From: Eledone cirrhosa
Lineage: Eukaryota
Assembly (NCBI GenBank): GCA_964016885.1
Contig: OZ024741.1
Coordinates: 393,700,001 to 393,764,000, forward strand
Length of the DNA: 64,000 bases
Reading direction: 5' to 3'
Under the pieces are notes generated by a model. It was not told the DNA's origin. It made no database searches and saw only the letters and a list, made by a program, of their open reading frames with translations. The translations under genes were made by a program, and so were the position numbers. Shown in pieces: positions 51,631 to 64,000 of this stretch. Positions within the stretch are counted from its first letter, which is position 1. Every line of letters begins with the position of its first letter.

Positions 51631-54600
51631 TTTCTCTTTCTCTTAATTTTGAGTATATTTTTTTGACCGGCCACCTTCCTGGTGGCAAGGTTGTAAAAGA
51701 AAAGAAATTGTCATCCCTTGAATCGCAAGAATGTTTTGCAAATTTTGAAGGTGCCAGCTATCGCAGCCATTTGTAGACTATGAATTAGGGAGCTGCGCTT
51801 TTTGTCCGCAAATCCAAGTTCAGTCATACTTTGGTCCAAGCGGGTTGGTATATAACCCGTAGCACCAATAATGATGGGTATGAAGCTAAAGGTGTATCTT
51901 GGATACTGGATTTGTAAACTCCTCATCAATGGTCCGTAGATGTCCTCCTTCTCCTGTATTTTTCTGACAACGTTTACATCAAGTGGGCAGCTGATCTCCA
52001 CAACAGAACACGTTTTCAATGTGTGGTCCCAAACTACAATATCAGGCCGGTTGTGCTTTAATCTGGTGGCAGTTTTTATTTTCAGGTTCCACCAGTATTC
52101 CTTAGTGCCATCTGTCTCAATATATTCTTCCTCGTTTGTTGTTAATTTTGTTTTCCGAAGTGCGTTCCAGATGGTTCTAGCTATCCCATCGTGTCTCATG
52201 GGGAGGTAGTAGCGAGATGACATTCTTTCGCAGCTGGCAACAATGTGGCTTACATCCTCGATCTTTGTTTTACATAGCCTACATTTATTGTCAGCTGCTG
52301 GCCCTCCTCTTTTGTGCAGCAGATATTTGGTAGGGAGTTCTTGTTCCTGTATTGCATAGAGATATCCCTCAAGGTGTGATGTCATAAACTTGTCGGAACT
52401 CCATGCCAGGCTTTTTGAGTGGTTTATCCCTCTATGGTCTGTGTTTTACGCCTCAAGTATCCATGCACAACTTTTTCTGTAAATTGGTCAATTTTTTTTT
52501 CTTGTTTGAACATTGAATAGGATCTTCCGATTTCTCTGGGTGAGAGATTTATATCGGGCTTCATTCCATATCTCTCCTCCAGATCAGTCGCTATTCTAAT
52601 GATATTTCTTTTTTCATGGTCATAAACCTGGGCAAGATGGTTGCCAACCTTTTTCCTCTGTTGAAGGTGTTGCTTCAGTGTCACTATCCGGGTCTCATAT
52701 GTTGTTAATATTGATTTTAGACCCCGGCCACCTTCCTTGCGTGAGAAGTATAGCCTATCCACATCACCATTGATGTTAAAGTTCCCAGTAACACTGAGAA
52801 GTTTTCGAGTTCTAACATCCATCTCACTTAGTTCTTGCAATGACCAGTTCAGTAGGCCAAATGTTGGCGTTAGAATTGGCACAGCATAAGTATTGTGGGC
52901 AATGTATTTGTTGTATGCTGACAGTTCTGATGACCATATTTTCTTTACTCTTCTGAGGTATTCAGTTCTGGTTTTCTCCTTATTTATGGGTCCATCATAT
53001 CTGACATTCTCATCCTGTCCAAGATATCTGTAGTTGTCACCTGACTGCAGAGGTTGTATTGTCAGGCCGTTCATCTCTAGATTTCTAGAGGAGGGCACAG
53101 CTCTTCCACGTTTTACTGCCAAATATGCACACTTGGACTCACCAAATTTCATTTTGATGTCGGTTGAAAATTGTGTAATGAGGTCCAATTGTTTCTTGAT
53201 GTCATTGATATTTGGCCCATACAACTTCAGGTCATCAACAAAGAAAAGATGGGAGATACTTCTGGTCCCACTTCTTTGTCGACCTTGTTTCCTGAGTAGG
53301 TAAGATAGTGGATTCAGTGAGAGAACGAAGAGTAGCACCGACAAGCTATCACCCTGAAAGATGCCCTTCTGGTAATGTATCTTATCAGTCCTAACCTGCT
53401 CCTTCTCACCTCTAAGGATCAAACTGGTGTACCAGTTCTTGGTCAGGCGTTCAACAGCAGCTACCAATGGTTGTGGGACTTTAGCTAACTGTAAAGCCTT
53501 AACAATCCACCCATGAGGTACACTATCAAATGCTTTTTGATAGTCCAGCCACACGACAGTCATGTTTCTGCGATTCTTTGTTGTTTTTTCCTGAATCATT
53601 TTCTAAGTTAGTAGGTGATCTATGCAACCCCACACCTCCCTCTTTCCACCAGCTTGCTCAGGTGTTATGATGTTGTTGGTAGCACAGTGATCCTGTAAGA
53701 ACAGGTTAAGGCACCCAGTATATAATTTATACATGATGTTTTGGCAGGCAATTGGGCGGTAATTTTTAGCAAGGGTGGTTTGGCTATTTTTGGGAATGAG
53801 GAGAGTAGAGGCAGTTGATAACCATCTGGGCAGTTCTTGTGTGCCCTTAATGGTTTCTGTAAACAGCCGTATGAGATCTTGCCGATAGAAAGTGAAATTC
53901 TTCAACCAGTATCCTGTAATGAGGTCTGGGCCTGGCGATTTCCTATTCGACATTTTCTGTAGAGCTGTTTCCAGTATTGACCCATCTATGTCATATTGTT
54001 TTGTCTGGACATGTTGGCAGTAGTCCTGTTCCAGTTCTTTTAGCCAATTAGCTTGTCTGTTGAATCCGTCATCCGTTTCCCATACAGATCTCCAGTAGCT
54101 CTCAACCTGTTCTTTTGAAGGGGTGTCATTTACAGAGATTGAGCTTTTGCCACCGAAGCTGCGATAAACTGATTTAGGATCTCTGGCAAACAATCTATTT
54201 AGCACTTGTCGTTTATGTGCTGTTGACTTATATTTTAGTCTTTCTGTTGTAGCTGTGAGTTGTTGTTTCAACTGGTGTAATTTGGAGTTCAAAGTTTTAA
54301 ATTTTGTATCTCCAAATCTTCTCTCTAACTTTTTCTTTAGGTCTTCCTGGTGTTGTGTGAAGTTGCTCTCTATGTTGCATTTCATAACGACTGCGATGTG
54401 TGAGATACTTCGTCCCAGGGACAAAATTTTGGTTTTTAAATTTCGCATCCACGCTGGTTCAGGCTTTCTGTTTGTATCTTGATTGCGTGGTTTTAGATGT
54501 GTGTTATATGCTAGCAATGTGACAGCTGAAACATATAACAAAACATTAAGCGTTTCAAATGTCGTTTCTACACCTTTAGATCGTATAGCCTTCAGATAAT

Positions 54601-55657
54601 TGCCAGCTATTTCGTTCACCGCTTCCAATTCCAATTTAGTGGGTTCTTTACTGACTCTAGTGTTGTATGGTCTGTCACTCACATTAAGGCTGTGTATCTC
54701 TTGAAACATATCATTCCATATCACTTGTAGGGAGCCCACAAGTTTTTGGTGCTCTGTTTGTTCAGTAGAGTCATGAATTTCAGCCTCGTTGTTGATGTGG
54801 TGACAATTACTACTAGAGTCAGCTGACCTTTCTCGCTGTTCTTCAGTGGAAGTGGGATGAATTTCAGCAAAATTGTTGGTGAGCTGTTCACTGTTAGATT
54901 TAGCCGGCCATTCTCTTTGTCTGTCAGTGGAGGTGGGGTGGTTGTCTACAAGGGCTGTATTTGTAGTATCACTCGATTCCGTTAGATGTATCAATTTACA
55001 TCTAATGATACGTTTTGCCTGTTCATTTAAATGCTTTGGAGAAAAGTCTAATTCTGGGTGTTTGGAGTTCCATAAAGTTTTTAGCCTTTGCATAAAACCG
55101 AACTTTTGGGGTTCAGATTGTTTGTATGCTTCATTTAATACTTTGTTAAACTCGTAGGTCCACTGTGTACAACGGTTGTAATTGCGATTTGGTCGAAGGA
55201 GACTAGTACTTTTTGCCATGATGAGTTCGTCTATTCACTAATATTTCGTATTTATTTTTCAAAATAGTCGATGATCTTCTTTAAAAGTTACGACAAAGTT
55301 CTGTCAGAATCAAATTTAAAGTTATTCACAGCTTGAGTAATATTTCTTTTCAGTTAGTTTTTAATTCTACAACTGTGTTTTATATAAATGTAATATTTCT
55401 TTATAAATGTAATATAACAACGTTGCATTTATATGTTAAAGTGTATGTATCGTTCATATATCATAAGTGTATGTATCGTTCATATAAATAGGTGTTTTAC
55501 AACATACTTACAGTTCAAACATTTATGTAGAATTATTGTATGTAATCTTACCGCGTAATGTAGCTCAACTTTTTCCAATATATGGTATGTTGCCTTCATG
55601 TAAGCCGTAATTACACACGTCCGATTATCGGACACTGACCACAACGGTCGCCATTTT
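51631..55657 (-). mobile_element. Nearly intact R4/Dong non-LTR retrotransposon (Myb-like N terminus, RT, CCHC, restriction-like endonuclease)
   Basis: ORFs 53603..55219, 52424..53599 and 51711..52385 are separated by one in-frame TAG and one frameshift. Motifs WLDYQKAFDSVPH, GIFQGDSLS, FFVDDLK, CRLC..H..C, RHD and RPDIV..EISCP. Confidence 0.95.
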
Positions 55658-55720
55658 ATGTATGTATGTATGTATGTATGTATGTATGTATGTATGTATG
55701 TATGTATGTATGTATGTATG

Positions 55721-56245
55721 TTTGTTATCTCCTTCTCTTAATTTCGAGTACATTTTTTTTGACCGGCCACCTTCCTGGTGGCAAGGTTGTAAAAAAAAAG
55801 AAATTGTCATCCCTTGAATCGCAAGAATGTTTTGCAAATTTTGAAGGTGCTAGCTATCGCAGCCATTTGTAGACTATGAATTAGGGAGCTGCGCTTTTTG
55901 TCCGCAAATCCAAGTTCAGTCATACTTTGGTCCAAGCGGGTTGGTATATAACTCGTAACTCCAATAATGATGGGTATGAAGCTAAAGGTGTATCTTGGAT
56001 ACTGGATTTGTAAACTCCTCATCAATGGTCCGTAGATGTCCTCCTTCTCCTGTATTTTTCTGACAACGTTTACACAAGTGGGCAGCTGATCTCCACAACA
56101 GAACACGTTTTCAATGTGTGGTCCCAAACTACAATATCAGGCCGGTTGTGCTTTAATTTGGTGGCAGTTTTTATTTTCAGGTTGCACCAGTATTCCTTAG
56201 TGCCATCTGTCTCAATATATTCTTCCTCGTTTGTTGTTAATTTTT
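55721..56245 (-). mobile_element. 5'-truncated second copy of the same Dong element
   Basis: Near-identical to 51631-52149; flanked by (TATG)n. Confidence 0.93.
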
Positions 56246-56329
56246 ATGTATGTATGTATGTATGTATGTATGTATGTATGTATGTATGTATGTATGTATG
56301 TATGTATGTATGTATGTATGTATGTATGT

Positions 56330-56550
56330 ATGGCTTAGTGGTGAGGGTGTGTGGCTCACGATCGTAAATTAGTGAATTCGATTTCTGGCGGCGCGTTTGC
56401 TCCAGGTTACTCAGCTGATAAAGGAGATTTATATCTATAAATCAAATGACCTGCCTTGTCATGCGTTAAAGGCACACATGTCTGTAGAATGCTCAGCAAA
56501 TTCCACGTTAATTTCAGGAACTGGAATAGTCATCGTCGGAAATGGTGGAA
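56330..56550 (+). mobile_element. tRNA-derived SINE, second family
   Basis: tggcttagtgg (A box) and gaattcgatttc (B box). Confidence 0.75.
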
Positions 56551-56563
56551 GTCCAACCCCCCC

Positions 56564-56595
<32 letters not shown>

Positions 56596-56799
56596 GACAA
56601 TCTGCAGATAACCTCTAAAAAAACCCTCTAGACAACCTGGATACTAGTTCCAAACAAAGGAGCCAAAAGGTCAGCATGTGTGGTCACAATGACCTGCCTA
56701 GCCAACCTGGAAACAAAGTTCAAGTCTGATTGCATTCGCTATATATATATATATATACACTGTGTAAGTCTTTATTTATCTATTTGTGTGTATATATAT

Positions 56800-58093
56800 A
56801 TATTGTTATACTTGGGGAGGGTCATATTTGTGTAATATTGCCAGAATTAATAACAGAACACACTCACTGTTTGGTTGGTTTTCGCTTTTTGCTTCTGTGT
56901 CTTTTATATCGGTAATCTAATTTATTCGGTCCTCAATGTTGCCATTGACTGACCAACGGTCAAAAATAATACAGATACAATATAGACACAAACACATATA
57001 TATAGTTTATCAAAGTTCTTTCGTTGCACATCTGCAACATCGTCAGTGGTGCTATTGTTTCCTCCCGTTACATTGTATTTTGTATTTTCTACGCCATCTT
57101 TATTTAGTCTGTTTATATATTTATTTATTTGTTTATTTTATTTTGTCTTCTTTGCGCATGTGTTTGCGTGTGTGTATAGTGTTTTGTTTGATGTGTGTTC
57201 GTGATTGTGTGACTGTGTATTGGTTAATGTATTCTATCTTTACTAGTGTGTGTTTATATGTGTTTGTTGTTATTGTGCTTGTGTATGTATTTATTTATTT
57301 ATCTATTTATTTATTTATTTATTTATACTTCTCTTAGGTCAGTGTTGTTTGTTTGGGTGTTGTTGTTATTCCATTCATTCTTTCTGTTTAGCCTTGGCCT
57401 TCTAAGTTCTATTTCACTGGCCTCTCTGATTTGCCTATCTGCTGGGTCATTTCTATGTTTAGATATTATTCTAATTTCTATGTTGTCTATGTTACCGTCG
57501 TGTTGTTGTCTGGCATGTTCGTATAGTACCGACCCGTTTTTTCGTCCTTTTAGTTCCCCCCAGTGTTGGTCTATCCTTTCACCTATGCTACGAGCTGTCT
57601 CACCTATGTATGTTGTTGTCATGTTTCTGCAAGTACCCTCTGTACATCTTATGCTATAGACTACGTTTCTAGTTTTACAGTTTATCCGGGGGTTTACCTT
57701 ACATATGATACATTTCCTATTAGTACAGTGGGTTTTCTTAAAAGGGTAGGTTTTGCTGATCAGGGATTTTATGGTGGTTCCTGGCTTTTCTACCACCTTA
57801 ATCTTTAAGTGGGTCTTTCTCAGGGCCTTTCTACACTGGTTAGCTAATTTCCCTCCAGGGGTAGCGTCCACAAACATGACACTCTGGTATCTCTGGTTGT
57901 CGTACCATGAGGTGGCTTTCCCTATCTTATGTCTAGCCCTATCTAAACTATTCCATGATTTGCTCCTGTATAATGGGCAAATTCCTTTCATGTCCAGTTC
58001 TATGAGGATCTTATACTTCTCCATGGCTCCTTCGTATACTCTGACTCTGTCTCTTTGGTTGTAGCCAGAGAACTGACCCTCTCCAAGTATATA
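56800..58093 (-). mobile_element. Neptune-type PLE 3' fragment: GIY-YIG, pseudo-LTR and a short inverted terminus
   Basis: ORF 57323..58024 CTNRKCIIC..CKTRNVVYSIRC..C..YIGETARS..H..H. Termini tatacttggggagggtca and tgaccctctccaagtata. Confidence 0.9.
57009..57050 (-). ncRNA. Type I hammerhead motif
   Basis: acca-CTGACGA-t-gttgca-gatg-tgcaac-GAAA-gaac-tt-tgat, with a perfect 6-bp stem II. Confidence 0.75.
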
Positions 58094-58759
58094 TATATAT
58101 AATATTTATGTTTACAATTGTTTCAGAGGACAAAATCACAATTCCACACATAAGATTGAGACCTATCAATATATGAAAAACGATAGGCATAGGTGATATT
58201 AATATATATATATATGTCTGTGTGTGTGCGTGTGTGGGTGTGTATACAAATAGATAAATAAAGACTTACACAGATAAGCGATACTGTAGGATTTATTTCT
58301 AGCATTTACATATGTTTCCTTGCCGTATATGAGTTTGTTTGTCTTGAAATATATATAAAATCTTTCATTGGCGGCGATTTAAAATCATGTTTAGAAGCGA
58401 TGTGGAACTTTGATGTTTGGAGTTACATGAAATTATATAGTTTGTTTAACCATATATAGAAGGTAAATTTAGAGGAATGTAGTAATGTTTTTATGTTTTT
58501 AATATTTAAAATAGTTGCTTCCGTACGCTTTATTTATAAAACTAGCAGCGTAATCTCATTCCCCTGTCGTTACACCTGAAAAAGGATACATTATATGATG
58601 TAGTTCTATATTATGCTAAACAGAAAACATTTGTTAATGTTTATTTCCATCAGTTTAAAGAAACCTTCTTTAACTGCTTGTTTTTGCTTTACTGCTACCT
58701 ATTATTTTCTTGTACACAATTGTGTAATTTTCACTGTATGCATTAAGGTCATGTTTTTC

Positions 58760-59100
58760 TACCTACGATCACAAATCAAACTCGCTATCTTTAATTCGGT
58801 ATTCGTGTCAACCCTTACCTATCGTAATGAATCAGAGTCGCCCCAGGCAGGGCCGCTACTTCGCCGAATTGAGAGATCACAGCTCCGATACTACAGGCAT
58901 GTGGTAAGAATATCTCAGGAAAAAAATCGCTGGAAAACCAACCATCTGGAGACCCTGGGTGACAAGAGGAGGAGAGATAAGTGAGTCGAGAACGCATGAG
59001 TGGAGGCTGCATGAGACCAGATAGTTAGGAAGAGAAGAACCCATCGCAATAAGAGTAGAGAGGGCAGAGTGAGAAAGCACTGCGTTTGTAGTCCAGAGGC
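58760..59100 (+). mobile_element. RTE (Expander-like) 3' fragment
   Basis: KLAIFNSVFVSTLTY..LLRRIERSQLRYYRHVVR. Confidence 0.75.
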
Positions 59101-60379
59101 TGGAGTGTTTTATGAAAAGCATAATTGAAACCTTTACTAACAATAGAGATTTTCTGCTTCGGCCAAAATTATGCAATGAATTTCATGAATTAGGATAATT
59201 TTGTATTTCGTGTGGAGAAGAGGAATCTGGAGGTTCAAAATTGTCCCTTTGTCTCAGAAAACACTTATTTTCATTTTCACACGAAGTGACAATCCCAAAA
59301 CGTCAAATGTTTCGCCTTTATACATCATATGAACTTATTCAAACACACAAACTTCATAGTAAAACCATTGATACTCTATTTCATGTTAGGAAATAAAACT
59401 CAAACAAAAAATGGTAATAATAAAAAAAACAACAACATTGGCCGCAAAGTACAAGTACAACAACAATTGTTTACAGCAGAACGTAAGAACATATATATAG
59501 CATTAGCAATAGCAACAGAAACAAAATTGATTGATGAACTGGTTCTCTTGGTTTCATTTCTTAATTCTGTTTTTCCTTTTCATGTTCTACTCCCAGCGAA
59601 TATTTTAGTTGAAACTGTTGTTGTTGCTGTTATTTAACCCTAGGTTAGTCCTGATTGAGCAGACCTATAATCGTAGATCTTCTATCCTTTTTTATCCCGC
59701 CTTTTCATTTACACGGAACTATATTATCTAATGTGTGCATATTCTTTTTTAAAGATTACAACGTGTGATTTGAGCAACATTTGCTTGCTATTTCTAGCAG
59801 CTCAAGCACAGCGTAGAGGTTTCCTCTGATTTTTCTTATAAATATTTCATACATGTGAATCCATTAATATATATATATACCTGCATGTGAATATATGTTC
59901 GTATGTGAATCTATGTATATGAATATATGTTTGTATGACTGTATATGTATGTGTACTATGAGTAAATAAGAATGAATACTTGCTTATCCGCCTCAGTTAT
60001 GAAACTGGTCTAACAAGTGAGTGATGTGATGTGTCCTCCCTATAAACAGTATGAAAGATCTGCAGTAGGTAAAAATAAACTACGTGAGCTGATTATTCAC
60101 ATCAGACCCACTTGGCCATGTCATTCATAAAAGTATACATATTTATGTCGGTGTGTTTAAAATATTGAGTGAGTAAATGTCACCGATGAAGGATAAAAAT
60201 TCAGAAAAAGGTGTCAGGTATTCTTAAACACTATTGAGATAGCTGCGATAAAATCACAGCTGATAACATTCATAGAGAGACACTTGTATGTATACTATAC
60301 ATAAACATATCGTATATGCTTTCATATATACTCCTGTTACGAAGCACAATACATATATAAGAATGTCTCATACGTTGAT

Positions 60380-63300
60380 TTGACGTGTGAGGGTTCGACA
60401 ATCTTTTCAGTTCATTGTTTTATGTTTATGCCTTATATGGCACTTCAATCCAGCTGCTGATTTACACATCAATCTGCATTTGGTGCAGGTGACAGGATCT
60501 CGAACAGAGCAGGATGGAATGCCTGATTATCTCACAAAGGCGGGCTAAACGAGATTTCTCAAAGTTCTTTATACCTCCATTTTTTTACGGCTGGTAAAAA
60601 GAGGTACGTTGTCAGAGACTTAAGATTGTACTTCAGTTTATGCTTATATCGGAGTAGTAGCCTGCCCACACTATGCACACCACCCTGGAGCTGACTGTAC
60701 AACAGTACCTTAGGTGTGCAGTCCTCAGACATCAGACGGAGCGAAGACAGCGTTTGTGGAAGACATCAAGCTTATGTATATGAGTGCCGTGAAGTGTCCA
60801 TGACCCAGAACCATATAAGAGAGTTGTCAGTATCACTGCACGATAAACTGCAAGCTTTGTTTTCAGGAATAAACCTCTGGCACTCCATATGCGATGATGT
60901 AGTTTGCCAAATGCATCATTTGCCTTGGAGATGCGCTTAATAATCTCATCTTCCAGGGATGCAGAGTAGTTCACCTTGTTGCCAAGGTAAGTAAAGGAGC
61001 TCACATACTTCAGATATTTGCCATCAATAGTTATAGGTGCAAGAGGATGCCTTTGATCTGACCGCATCTGTTTAACGCCTCCTAGATGTCTGGGGGATGG
61101 CTTTGGTTGATGTACCACCTCTGTCTTCTAGATGCTGAGTGTTAGACCAAAACCTTGCAATCAAGTCAAAAGCAGTTCATCAATTCCTTTGTCTCTTTGA
61201 GGGATGTTGCAACAAGTTCAGCATCATTAGCAAACAATAAATAACGAATGATACTTGTTCGTGTGAGTGTTTTAGCCTTAAAGCGCTGATGGTTCAATAA
61301 CCCACCCGACGTACGGAACTCAAACCAATGTCCAAATCGCCAAATGCATGCTGGAGCATTACAGAAAAGAACAAAGCAAAGAGGATAGGAGCCATGACAC
61401 AACCCTGCTTCGCACCATATGTAACAGCAAAGGGTTCAAAGCATTCACCATCTGGCATAACTGATGCTTTCACGCCTTCATGGAAGGATATGATGATATT
61501 TAGCATATCATGATAAGCATTTTGAGGATTTTCCAGAGAGCTTTACGATTGAAAGTGTCAAATGCTTTAGTCAGGTCAACAAAAACCATAAACAGCTCCT
61601 GCTTCTTTTCACGAACCTTCTCTGCAGCCTGGCGAAAAGAGATAATCAATTTCTGGAACACACTTTCAACTCTTTAGATCTCCAGAAATATCTGAAGAAG
61701 CCTACGAACCAGTTTTTACCACCATATTTGAATATTTCAGGTGGGATGCCATCTTTACTAGGACCCTTATTGGATGAAAGCTGCCTGATAGCTGTTTTTA
61801 TTTCATTCAAGGTTTGGTTGAACGATAATTCAGGGATCTCCGGTTTTTGTGGAATAGATAAAATTACATCTTCATCGACCTTTAATTCTGCATTAAGGAC
61901 CTTCTCAAAGTGTTCCTTCCAGCGAGTGAGAATCTCAGCTTTGTCTGTGTATAGGGTTGTTCCATCAGAGGAAAGCACTGAATTTGACATGCCCTCCCTC
62001 CCTGCCCTGAAAGCTTTATAAAAGGTCCGTGAGTCCTTTTTATCAGCAGCTTCTTGTAGTTCGGCTGCTTTAGTCATCCACCAAACATCATTCATCTTTC
62101 TAAGTGAGGATTGTACTTGCTGCTTCCAATCTTTGTAGGCCATCATTTTCGTTACTGAGTTTTTATCTCCAATCCAAATCCTGTGTAGGTTATGCATCCT
62201 GCTGATAAGGTTCTGGACATCCAAGTTGCCTTCATCAAACCAGCCCTGATGTTTTCTTATAGGAAATCCTTACATTTCTACAAAGGCTGCATCAGTGGCA
62301 TCTGTGAGCACTTTCCAGGAAACCTCAATGTCATCAGAAATTTGGACAGAGTTGAGGGATGAGTCAAGCTTTGCAGAAAGTTTCAGCCTCCCATTAACTG
62401 AGCGCAGCTTGCCCACAAAATCTTTTAGGTGACGCCTGCATGCAAGTTGTTTGAAAGAAGCTGTTGGTGATGCTGAGATCAACATTTTTACAGCGAGAGC
62501 AGCCTAAGCCCATTGGAGTTCATAGCTCCAACTCCGTTAGATCCAAGGACGTTATGCCATGTTTGAAAGTCATTTCCAACTCTAGCATTGAAATCACCCA
62601 TTATGATCAGCTTGTTCTTGTTGGAAACAGAGGAGACCACTGTGTGAAACTGATCATAGAATATTTCAATCTCCTGCTCAGGTGAATATTGAGTTGGGGC
62701 ATAACAACGTAGCGTAACAGAGGTGTTGTTTGCTAAATCCAATGACAGAGTCATTATGCGATCATTGACGCCTTTAGGGAATGATGTTAGGCAATGTCAG
62801 ATCTGATGACAAAACCAACAGCGATTAACGGTGGTCTTCTTCACTCTTTCCAGACCAGAAAACCGAGTAGCCCTCTCCCACTTTTTCCATTTGGGACATG
62901 CCAGGGAGTTGGGTCTCACTTACTACAGATATCAACACTGTATCTGTTGAGTGCATTACAGATGAGGGCTGATCTTCGTTCCAAGCTGGAGTTACTGTCT
63001 TGGAATAGTCTAACATTCCAGGAACCAAAAATTAAACATTTTTTTCCTTTTGTTTTGACTGCTTATTTGGATAACCAGACAGCTGCGGTTGACTGCCAAG
63101 TAAAAGCATTGAGTAAGCATTTGTTTAGGGCTCCTTTTATTGCGCACTCTCTTTGTAGGGAAAACAGTTCTATGTCTAAAAAGACCTGCGTTATCACCAT
63201 CAGAGGATACGGACAGCACAAGTTACTCATTCTGTGCATGAACGGCCATCACCTGATGATCGCCACAGTTTAGAGCTCCAGCTAAGGACTTCCAGTAATA

Positions 63301-63685
63301 CCCTTTACTTGTCCCCGTCACCTTTGCTCTCTCACCAGTGGAGTATGTGTTAGTGAACTGGTAGAGCTGTTGAGCTACCCACACAAAATAATTGTTTACA
63401 GTGGTGAAGGCTTGTGTAGCGCCAGTCACACTTACTGGAAATGTTGATAACAAAGGATTGGTGTAGAAGATTGCCACAAACCCAATGAACAATACTCCAC
63501 AGACATTGGAATTGCCGTTGACTCTTGAGTTCTTCCGTCCTTTTAAGTGAGTTTTGTTTTTCGTCCTGCAGGATGTCCAAAAATTACCCTCCTCATCAAG
63601 CAAGCTTGGTGGGGTTGCTAATTTAGTCACTGTCGGCTCCACCATGTAACAGGTTATACTGGGTTACATGTTACCAGTAGCACAC
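60380..63685 (-). mobile_element. Near full-length, decayed RTE LINE
   Basis: APE (SETQL, CYAPT, IMGDFNARVG); RT (FVDLTKAFD, GAKQGCVMAP, LLFAND, FTYLGN); 5' UTR shared with families A and C. Confidence 0.93.
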
Positions 63686-63979
63686 AAGAGCGCGCGCGCG
63701 CGTGTGCGTGTGCGTGTGTGTGTGTGCGTGTGTGTATGTGTCTGTATACATATATAGGGACAAACTTTTGAAAGAGTAATATCAAATACAAGTCCGTCTT
63801 CTTATCAATAGTCTGTATTGCAGTAGAAATGTATTACATAATAAATGTATTACCTAAGATGTTTTCTGAAGAAGTCGGGCTAGTGATTGCGTGGTGGTAG
63901 CAATACCTAATTAGTAACACCACAAAAATACATAGAAGAATACATATGATGTTCAGTGTTAGATCTTAATTACATCATT

Positions 63980-64000
63980 ATTGGCAGTATCGGTAGAGGG
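63980..64000 (+). mobile_element. Start of a SINE, truncated by the window edge
   Basis: ttggcagtatcggtagaggg. Confidence 0.7.

Noticed and set aside
53603-53605. Programmed readthrough in the Dong ORF
   Set aside because: It is a single TAG within the conserved RT, and the copy also has a frameshift, so a simple mutation is more likely.
60178-60222. Further hammerhead-like boxes (also near 5408, 11155, 31950-31990 and 43702)
   Set aside because: The core or stems are too degenerate to support a call.

Overview
This is a eukaryotic, AT-rich window made almost entirely of repeats. The many tRNA-derived SINEs with the core 'ctttgcctttcatcctt(a/t)cggggtcgataaaataaagtaccag' resemble octopod (cephalopod) SINEs, an inference from recalled sequence. 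It contains decayed RTE LINEs of several families, an L1/Tx1-type LINE, a nearly intact R4/Dong element set in (TATG)n, and Penelope-like elements of Naiad and Neptune type. It also holds non-autonomous Helitrons, a hAT transposase remnant, microsatellites (including a ~2.8 kb TA/TACA tract) and a 29-bp minisatellite built from a SINE A-box. Only one host-like exon is plausible (Ser/Thr-rich, 10483-10789, minus strand). The most interesting layer is non-coding. At least seven minimal type I hammerhead ribozyme motifs sit in Penelope pseudo-LTRs and in short retrozyme-like repeats. One of these repeats starts exactly at the predicted cleavage site, and several fold-back mini-elements invert at the hammerhead stem II. 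All calls were made by eye, and boundaries are approximate unless stated.
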